Below are positions 27,792-36,600 of a stretch of DNA of 64,000 nt, in pieces. The stretch spans positions 2,848,001-2,912,000 of the forward strand of contig OY759729.1 of the NCBI GenBank assembly GCA_963662585.1, read 5' to 3'. The notes under the pieces are model-generated. The model saw nothing but the letters and a program-made list of their open reading frames with translations, had not been told where the DNA came from and made no database searches. The position numbers were made by a program, and so were the translations under genes. Position 1 is the stretch's first letter, and the number at the start of each line of letters is the position of its first letter. This DNA is from Candidatus Cloacimonadales bacterium (lineage in GTDB: Bacteria; Cloacimonadota; Cloacimonadia; Cloacimonadales; JAFGVF01).

Positions 27792-28925
27792 TCTGTCGGA
27801 TAGTGGACAACTTTGTCCGCTTCATAACCATAGCAATGATGTAGAAATCATGGAATGAAAGCCATCTTACATCCCGGAGGGATAGCATATAATAGGGAGT
27901 GTTCGCATGACACTCCTAGAGCCACTACCAAAAGATAGCCCTGGAAGTGCGACATATACCAGCTATTGCTAGTTAAATCCTTTCATCATAATCGTAATTG
28001 TACAATAATATGTGCCATCTTCTGTCGGATAGTGGACAACCTATCCGCTTCATTGCCATAGCAATGATGTAGAAATCATGGAATGAAAGCCATCTTACAT
28101 CCCGGAGGGATAACATATAATAGGGAGTGTTCGCAAGAAACTCCTAGAGCCACGACCAAAAGATAGCCCTGGAGGGGCGACATATACCAGCTATTGCTAG
28201 TTAAGTCCTTTCATCATAATCGTAATTGTACAATAATATGTGCCATCTTCTGTTAGATAGTGGACAACTTTGTCCGCTTCATTGCCATAGCAATGATGTA
28301 GAAATCATGGAATGAAAGCCATCTTACATCCCGGAGGGATAGCATATAATAGGGAGTGTTCGCAAGACACTCCTAGAGTCACGACCCAAAGATAGCCCTG
28401 GAGGGGCGACATATACCAGCTATTGCTAGTTAAGTCCTTTCATCATAATCGTAATTGTACAATAATATGTGCCATCTTCTGTAGGATAGTGGACAAATTG
28501 TCCGCTTCATTGCCATAGCAATGATGTAGAAATCATGGAATGAAAGCCATCTTACATCCCGGAGGGATAGCATATAATAGGGAGTGTTCGCAAGACACTC
28601 CTAGAGTCACGACCCAAAGATAGCCCTGGAGGGGCGACATATACCAGCTATTGCTAGTTAAGTCCTTTCATCATAATCGTAATTGTACAATAATATGTGC
28701 CATCTTCTGTAGGATAGTGGACAAATTGTCCGCTTCATTGCCATAGCAATGATGTAGAAATCATGGAATGAAAGCCATCTTACATCCCGGAGGGATAGCA
28801 TATAATAGGGAGTGTTCGCAAGACACTCCTAGAGCCACTACCAAAAGATAGCCCTGGAGGGGCGACATATACCAGCTATTGCTAGTTAAGTCCTTTCATC
28901 ATAATCGTAATTGTACAATAATATG
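27792..28925 (+). repeat. Tandem array of five 228-229-bp hairpin-rich units
   Basis: Units start at 27792, 28021, 28249, 28478 and 28706 (TCTGTnnGATAGTGGACAA...) and are near-identical; a partial copy lies at 27749-27787. Confidence 0.95.
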
Positions 28926-29043
28926 CATATAATTTTGAATCAATGATTGTCCAACAAACACCTTCATAACTATAAAAAAATATTTGTAATTTATTATTTT
29001 TGTCAGTAAGTATAATGTACACTTATCATCAATTTAAAATTGG

Positions 29044-29132
29044 ATATGCCGCCCCTCTAGGGCTATCTTTGGGGAAATCCTTTTGGAGTGTCTTGCGAAC
29101 ACTCCCTATTATATGATATCCCTCCGGGATTT
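29044..29132 (-). repeat. Inverted copy of the three-hairpin element present in each array unit
   Basis: Reverse complement reads AAATCCCGGAGGGAT..ATAATAGGGAGTGTTCGCAAGACACTCC..AGCCCTAGAGGGGCGGCATAT. Confidence 0.9.
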
Positions 29133-29280
29133 AAGAAAGTAAACTATTAGTTTTATCATTCGGGATTTAAGAAAGTAAACTATTAGTGTTATCCTTCGGG
29201 ATTTAAGAAAGTAAACTATTAGTTTTATCATTCGGGATTTAAGAAGGCAAACTTTTTGTGTTATGCCTCTGGGATTTAAG
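29126..29280 (+). repeat. 36-bp tandem repeat, ~4.3 copies
   Basis: GGGATTTAAG at 29126, 29162, 29198, 29234 and 29271; no unique spacers. Confidence 0.9.
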
Positions 29281-29324
29281 TAGCTTTTTAGCTATATTAT
29301 TTCCACCAAACTTAAAATTGTAGC

Positions 29325-29353
29325 AAAAAAGAAGCCCCTAATTCAAGGGGCTT
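29325..29353 (-). terminator. Rho-independent terminator of the LruC-domain gene
   Basis: Minus strand AAGCCCCT-TGAATT-AGGGGCTTC followed by TTTTTT. Confidence 0.8.
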
Positions 29354-29382
29354 ACATTTAAATCTAAATTTCACTTTCTATG

Positions 29383-31233
29383 TTAATCACTCCAAGGATT
29401 CTCTGTTAAAGATCTTTCATAATTGTTTATCCAATTTTGATTCTCTTCTCCACCTGAAGTTACCCAGCCTGCGAAATCAGGATAGGCTCTAAAAATTGGA
29501 ATATTCTCTTTAACTGCAGGAACCCAACTATCAGTTGAGAAGTAGAGGGCCCAAGGATAGTTATCTTCTGTTTTATACCAATTACCTGGGAACAACAAAG
29601 AAGCATCATCACCAGCACCAAAATTATCAATATTGGCATATTCTGTAGGAGGGTATCCTGCAAGATGAACTTCTAAATCTCTATGATCACTTCTAAATAA
29701 GAAGAAATCAGGGACTGGATTTTCAGCTTGTTCTTCATTAGGATCAAAGTTGATTCTAAGGGACATATCATCACCTTGAGTGAGATTCATATCTCCGATA
29801 TCATGAATTAAAACTGCTGTATTTGCAGAGAAGTTGTCAAGGTATGTCATTGTTGACCAATCACCATTACTTTGGCCATTTGACCAGTTAGTAGGTAAGG
29901 AGTAGGCAATAATTGAGTTTAACATATTTCCACTTTCTATTGTGTTATAAGTAGTAGTTGAACCTGTTGTAACTGCATCAATAAACCTGACAGCTAATCC
30001 ATTATGCAAACTAGCACCTGCTTTCATTACTTTAAAATATAGATCAAAATAGACTATTTTATTATCAGCATTTACTTTGAAACTAGAGTCTGTTACATAA
30101 ATATAGAGATCATTGAAGTCATAATCACCTTTATCAGGCCATAAATCTTCATACATAATAAATCCACCAGGGACACTTATTTCACCTGCTATATTTGGAT
30201 TTCCTGGTTCTAAATCTTCTGAATTAACTACTCCATCACCATCAGAATCTACTGCTGTAACTTCAGTATCATAGAGATTAACTAGCCAGTTATTTAATCT
30301 TACATTTCCTTGAAGACCATTATATTGACCTACTATAATTAAGTATTTAGCATTGCTAAGACTATTATTTGCTCTATCTGAGAAAAATCTATTAGTATCA
30401 ATATATGACCAAGGTGACCAAGGGAAGAAACTTATGTAGTTCATATTCTCATCTAAAAATATGTAGGTGTTGGTTATATAAGCACGATAAGGACATTGAT
30501 TCAAATCTGCAGTATTAGCAGTTTTGGCACCTTCAAGATTTTCATTAAAGTAATCAAAATCTCCAACATCTAGTGTTTGCATAATTACCCAATCAGTTCC
30601 TAAGAGAAGATGATTGTTAATTCCATTAGCAACACTTCTAATTTCTCCACTACCTTCTGGATTAAACTTATATTTATGCCACCCTGTATTTGCTTGAGGC
30701 ACTTGAGTAGGGATGAAGATGTTATTGCTGGTCATAAAGGTTTGAATCATAGTTGGATCAATATTATTGATTGTCTGGAAATCTGAATCATCATCATCAA
30801 TTACAGAAGAAAAATAGGGGTCAATATTTGGTTCATAAGCAAATCTCTGATTTTCACTACTTGGTACTAGGATAGTATGTTCCTTAGTTGAAGTAGAGAT
30901 TTCTTGAGAAAAGTTATAAGCAGGAACTTCAACGATTAAATTATCATAACCTTTGACAGAGTTAACATTCATAACTAGCTGACCATTTTCTAAGAATTTT
31001 CTGGCTAGAACTTTGCTGTTATGTCTAACCACAACAACATTTTTTTCTTCAATATTAGTATTCTCTAAAGAGATATTTAACTTAATATACTCAAGATTTG
31101 TCCAGTTAAAACCATCAGGAATATCTAAGTTTTGATAATCAAGATCAGTAGATGTTGATTTATCATTGTTACAAGCAACTAATCCAAGTAAAACTATCAA
31201 AATTAAGAAAAGAAGCATTTGTAATCTTTTCAT
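29383..31233 (-). CDS. LruC (DUF4842)-domain lipoprotein
   Basis: Lipobox LVAC; YEDLWPDKGDYDFNDL, EVHLAGYPPT, YPWAL, AYPDFAGWVTSGG; Ca-binding-like DSDGDGV. Confidence 0.85.
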   Translation of the reverse strand: MKRLQMLLFLILIVLLGLVACNNDKSTSTDLDYQNLDIPDGFNWTNLEYIKLNISLENTNIEEKNVVVVRHNSKVLARKFLENGQLVMNVNSVKGYDNLIVEVPAYNFSQEISTSTKEHTILVPSSENQRFAYEPNIDPYFSSVIDDDDSDFQTINNIDPTMIQTFMTSNNIFIPTQVPQANTGWHKYKFNPEGSGEIRSVANGINNHLLLGTDWVIMQTLDVGDFDYFNENLEGAKTANTADLNQCPYRAYITNTYIFLDENMNYISFFPWSPWSYIDTNRFFSDRANNSLSNAKYLIIVGQYNGLQGNVRLNNWLVNLYDTEVTAVDSDGDGVVNSEDLEPGNPNIAGEISVPGGFIMYEDLWPDKGDYDFNDLYIYVTDSSFKVNADNKIVYFDLYFKVMKAGASLHNGLAVRFIDAVTTGSTTTYNTIESGNMLNSIIAYSLPTNWSNGQSNGDWSTMTYLDNFSANTAVLIHDIGDMNLTQGDDMSLRINFDPNEEQAENPVPDFFLFRSDHRDLEVHLAGYPPTEYANIDNFGAGDDASLLFPGNWYKTEDNYPWALYFSTDSWVPAVKENIPIFRAYPDFAGWVTSGGEENQNWINNYERSLTENPWSD

Positions 31234-31291
31234 TTTTTTTCTCCACTATTTTTTTGAAATTATAAGCAATTTTGTAATTTAAGCAATGAAA

Positions 31292-31791
31292 TTATTTTAA
31301 GACATCGCTAACTGTTGCACTCATTGAAGCAGGAAAAGCCCCAATAATTATTCTTTTCAAGGCAAGAGTGTTATCCCCACACCCCAAGGACATTTTTCTA
31401 AGATTGTAAGAAGCAAGGCAACTATCAGAAAAGCAATAAAATAGGTAGCTACTACTCTTACTACATAATGAATCTTGTTTCATTTCATATAAAACCTATA
31501 GAAATTAAAGTAAACAAACAAAGCAACAAAAAAGATTGATAAAGCTGATAGATATAGAACATTAATGAGTGGGAGTTCATTACCTAGCCCCCAAGTCTCT
31601 GCAGTGAAAGCCATAGGTATGGCTAATAGAGAAGAACCTACTATAACTTGAAGAATATCCCGCGGTTTAAATTCTACCATTAAAGGACGAAGTAAGTGGT
31701 CTAAAATATTACCATCATCATCTTTTATGGGGGTAACTTTATAGAGAGACCTACCAATTCTTTTAACTTGAGTATCGTTTCTAAGATTTAT
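31292..31791 (-). pseudogene. Disrupted DUF2391-like membrane protein
   Basis: GGAG RBS followed by ATA instead of ATG (31791). Open frame ..KRIGRSLYKVTPI..PLMVEFKPRDILQVIVG..YMK, in-frame TGA (31480-31482), then NKIHYVVRVVATYF..KCPWGV, then a frameshift in a G-run (~31378) into DNTLALKRIIIGAFPASMSATVSD. Confidence 0.8.
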
Positions 31792-32348
31792 CTATACTCC
31801 TTAATTTAAATATTATGACAATATAAAAATTAGTCAAGTGTTTTTTTTAGATGAGGAATATCTTTTGTTCATGCCAAGTCCAAAGAGAAGAAATGTAGCA
31901 AAGATAATGCTTACAGTATCTGTTAAAGTTTTTAATCAAAAATAGAATATATCCCTCTATTCTTAGAAGAAATTCTCTTAGAGTCTGGCTTCGCTAATAA
32001 GAATGGCTCTCTCTCAAGTAGAGTGGATCTTAGGTGAAAAGAAGAGGCTACTCGACATTAGCTAAAGTTAAAAAAAAGAATATTTCTTGAGTATTATAAT
32101 TAGAAACCACTCTACTTAAAAAAAGAGCCATAAGAATAGGATTCACCAAGTAATCAGAGAGATGAAAATCACATCTGGAAATGATGATGATGCAGGCTGA
32201 TCATGTATTAGCTATAAATCAAGGTAGAGCCCAATTAAGAGCTGAATATGAATTTGCTAATGAAACTTCTAGATGCAAATTCTATATATTCATCTGTGAT
32301 TAATTTGATGCTGGACTTGAATATATAGGAGTTTTTTAACTGTGATAA

Positions 32349-33605
32349 TTAATCTATTTTATTTCTAGCAATTCTAAATCCAAGACCTAAACTACGATGG
32401 GTAGGTGGGTTATGATCTCTTCGCCAATGAGAAACTTCGTAATTATTAACTCTACAAACATCTTCTTCATTCCGATAATCCCCACCTCTATTCATCCGCT
32501 CATAATCTGAGTATTTATCCGAAACCCACTCCCAGACATTGCCAGACATATCATAGATTCCTAATTCATTAGGCTTTTTAGTTCCAACAAAAGCTAACTC
32601 TCCACTAGAATTTTCATTGAAAACTGCTACTTGATTAGCATTATTACTACCACTATAAGTAAAGCCTTTAGTTTTATTTCCACCTCTGGAAGCAAACACC
32701 CATTCATCTAAAGTAGGTAATCTAAAGCTTTCTGAATTTTCATTATTATATGCTGATTCATAAAATGGACTCAGATCATGAATCTTACTCAATGCATCGC
32801 AAAAACGAATTGCCTCATACCAAGTAACTTCATTTTTTGGTTTGCTTTTAAAGATGTCCATACTTAAATATTTTTCTATTTCTTCAATATTTTGTAAGAG
32901 CTTTGTTTTATCTGATAAAACATTATCGACCAACGAAACAAAATCATAGAACAAATCGGTAACTTCATATTTACCAATATAGAATGCATCTAATTGTGCT
33001 ATATTTGGATAATCATTATATAAGAATTGAATATTTATAGGTTCTCTCAAATAACTATATTCATATCTTAATTCCTGTTTAGTAAACTCTTTTGTTTTAT
33101 CCAAAGCTGAAATTAGAATTAAATCTGGATTTAATTTTTTTCTAATCTTACTTTTTAAAGTTGCAATATCATCATCATCATATTGATTTTCGAACTCTAG
33201 TATTTGGTTCTCAATTTTTTTTAAGTGTTTACTTCTGGGAAACATTTTCAAAAATTGCTTCTTATCTTTATAATTATTAATGTTTTTATAATAATACTCT
33301 TCTGCTCTTTTAAGAGTAAGTGTGGCCGTAACTTCAATCTTATTATCCATCTTAGCATGAATATATTCAGAATAAAGGAGAGGATTAATCTCATCATTAG
33401 TTTTTAGAATTAAGTTATACCTGCCAGGGTCAATTTCTACTTCTAATTTCCCTTTTGTACATCTACCTATTTTTTCATCTCCAAGATAAACAAAAGGGTT
33501 TTCTATATTTGCTGTAATCTTTAAGATAGGTAACGAAGCCCATAGGTTAATGGGAAGTGAGAGAAAAGCTATACATATTATTATAAAAAATTTACTTATC
33601 TTCAT
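32349..33605 (-). CDS. Secreted PEGA-like + FGE-sulfatase (SUMF1/CLec-fold) domain protein
   Basis: AAGGAG RBS before ATG 33605; signal peptide; FYIGKYEVT, VTWYEAIRFC, FRLPTLDEW, PNELGIYDMSGNVWEW, RGG, LGFRIAR. Confidence 0.85.
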   Translation of the reverse strand: MKISKFFIIICIAFLSLPINLWASLPILKITANIENPFVYLGDEKIGRCTKGKLEVEIDPGRYNLILKTNDEINPLLYSEYIHAKMDNKIEVTATLTLKRAEEYYYKNINNYKDKKQFLKMFPRSKHLKKIENQILEFENQYDDDDIATLKSKIRKKLNPDLILISALDKTKEFTKQELRYEYSYLREPINIQFLYNDYPNIAQLDAFYIGKYEVTDLFYDFVSLVDNVLSDKTKLLQNIEEIEKYLSMDIFKSKPKNEVTWYEAIRFCDALSKIHDLSPFYESAYNNENSESFRLPTLDEWVFASRGGNKTKGFTYSGSNNANQVAVFNENSSGELAFVGTKKPNELGIYDMSGNVWEWVSDKYSDYERMNRGGDYRNEEDVCRVNNYEVSHWRRDHNPPTHRSLGLGFRIARNKID

Positions 33606-33637
33606 TTTTATCTCCTTATACTTAGAATTAGATATCA

Positions 33638-36600
33638 TTAAAGAAATAACTTCAATGCTAGAAATATTAAAATTACGGAAATTAATCCTCCTGAAGTAAA
33701 CAATAGCAGTTTTCTTTTAGTATTCATATCGAGATGATTATTGCCCTCGGAAGTAACTAAGTTATTGTTTTCTTCTATATAGTTTTCTTTATTATCTTCG
33801 TTTCTATTCTTTTCATTACTAATTCTATTTTGTCGCTGGGCATATACTTTTTCTTTTCTTGATTTATCTAAATCTATCCATTGACATTTATCATTATTTT
33901 TATCTTTATCTTTAATTTTTTTTCGTTCTTTACGATTAATCTCATTTACTTGATTAATTTTACTTACTTTTTCAGGGCTCAAATCCATTCTAAATTCTTG
34001 CAGAGCTGTTTTGATAGACTCATTCAAACTTGTATTCTCTCTCTCTTCCGAATTTGTTTTAATTTTCTTCAACTCAGGCTCATAGAATGACTTCATAAAT
34101 CTTATCTTTGTATGTTTCAGTGTTGGATATCCCTGATTATCTGCTCGATTAATCTCCCAAACATTATCAAAATCCCAGCCAGTATCTGTATATGTTTCTT
34201 TCTTCTTTAAATCTGCATAATAAATCTCATTATTAGCCTTTTTTAATTCAAGACAGTCATCAATTTCATAATAACAGTTGGTTATATTAGTGTGTATATT
34301 CTCCTCAATAAAGCGACTAAGCCTTCTCTCTTTATATACATAACAAACAGAGAAAGAGTTAGTTATATTAGAATAATTAACATCATAGACAAATCCAGCG
34401 TGTTTATCTTGAGATGTAATGAGCGATTTACTATAACAATTTTCTATATCCGTAACAAATATAGAAGCAATAAAACCAGCACTTTTACCACCATTTTTTA
34501 TCATTGCTGTAGAGTGTGATTCAGTTATTTTTGAATCTGAAGCTTTACCAATAAATCCTGCATTAGTAGCTGAGTCAATGTTATACATATACATAATTTC
34601 AGTCTGACAATTGCTTATTATTGTTTTGTTACAATTTCCAATTAATCCACCTATCTCAATACTTTTTGAGCGATCTGAGAAAAGAATGTAAGAAAAGCGT
34701 TCATTATTATCTTTTTTGCCCTCTTTCAAGATTTTAATTTCGCAAGAACAATTGGTTATATGAGAATTATCAACAGTAGCGGCAAGACCTCCAATAATAG
34801 CCCCATCAATTATGTCTCCTCGGACAGTTATATTTCCAATTGTTGATTCATTAGTGATTTTCCCTGCTAAAATACCAACATTATTAAAGCCTGTGATTTT
34901 AGCATTTTCTAATATTAAGTCATTTACTCTGCCTCCAATAATTTCTCCAAACAATCCTAAGAATTTTGAATCTTGATTATCAATACTTAGGTTTTTTATG
35001 GTGTGTCCATTACCGTTAAAAGTGCCATATAAGAAAGGAATATATAAATTTGCGTACTCTGTTAGGTCTAAATCAGCTTTAAGCTCATATTTTGCTTTAG
35101 GGTTATGCATTGTAAATATAACATTTTGTAAATCTTCAGGAGTTTTAATCAATATTGAATTGGACAAATCTATGTTTTTTAGTGATTGAGATAAATATTG
35201 TTTTTTCCATTCAGAAAATAGAGCATCAGATAATCCAAGTTGAGATTTAACTTTTTCTCCATTTAGAAGAGACTTATCATAATTATAGAAAGAGTTTATA
35301 ATCTTACTATAATCCAAATTATCTTGGGATAAACCATCCACATTATAGCTAAATTTTAATAATGATAATCCTACTAATATTCCAATACCAGAATCCCCAT
35401 TAACATTGCTAGTTGTATAACTATTTTTGATGTAGCTATCATTTAGCCCTACTAATCCGCCAATGATTGAAGTGTTATCAGAAAAACCTCCAAAATGTTT
35501 ATCATAGCCACCGCAAACAAGATATGCATCAGACACATAATCTAATTCCCCTTTTACGGTTCCCATACTATAACACTTAACAAGCTCTGTTTTTAAGGTA
35601 TCCTGATCTTTTCTCTTTGAGCCAATATACTCTTCAGTTACATGTCTAACATTCTGAGCAACTAATCCTCCAACTGTATGGTAGCCAAAAATATCACCAG
35701 AAGCAAAGCTATCAATTATTTTACTTCCACCAGAGTTTTCTCCTACTAACCCTCCTACAACTTTATTACCTTCCACCATTGCAGATGATGAGCTAAGTTT
35801 TATTATTGAAGAGTTTTTATTTATTCCTACAAGACCACCACTATTCATTGTGTATAAAATTTCTTTTTGTGGATTCTTTTTGAATTCATCATAAATAGCA
35901 AGATTATTCCCATAAATATAATCACAAAGAATCTCTCCGGAAGAATGACAATTGATAATTTGGGAACTATTATCACTTACTCCAGCTAAAATACCAATGT
36001 TATTTAATCCTCTAATCGTTGCACTTTCTATCCATAAATCTTTCACTAGGACAGAATCTAAATAACCAAAAAATCCTACATTAGATTTTTTGGGTCGATT
36101 AATATGAATATTAGTTATCTTGTGATTATTACCATTAAAAGCGCCTGTGAAAGCTAAAGAATCATTCCCGATTGGGGTGAAACCTGCTCCATCATTCCAA
36201 TCAATTGTAGTTGAAGCGTCAATATCCCTTGTTAAAATAAAGCTTTTATCCCAATATCCAGGTTTAGATGATATTTCTCGTAACTTTTCCAAGGAAGATA
36301 TTTCTATAATTTTAGAGTTTTCTAACTTATTATTAGTATTTGAATCTACTAAAAAAGAATATACTTCTGACTTTGTTTGATGTTGAGAATTATTTTGCTT
36401 AGCTAGAACTAACCAATAATAGGAAGCACCATTATCTAAATCATTTAGACTATATTCTTCAGTTTTTAAGTTACTCCTTATTAGAGCATTTGGATTAAGA
36501 TTTACTACTTTTTCTTTATCTCTGTGTAGATAAAGATCAAATGAGTCAGTATACAGATTCTTATCCCACTTTAGGGTAACTGATTCAGAGAAAATTCTAC

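Noticed and set aside
27792..29280. CRISPR array (229-bp and 36-bp periodicities)
   Set aside because: The units are near-identical along their whole length, with no unique spacers, and there are no cas genes in the window.
31480..31482. TGA readthrough (selenocysteine or alternative genetic code)
   Set aside because: The same gene has a lost start codon and a frameshift, and TGA terminates intact genes elsewhere in the window.
32349..32560. Diversity-generating retroelement variable region in the FGE/CLec gene
   Set aside because: No reverse transcriptase or template repeat was found in the window and there is no GC hairpin after the stop. Conserved Arg/Gly positions use A-containing codons (AGA, GGA), which is atypical of active VRs. 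A remote DGR cannot be excluded without a genome-wide search.
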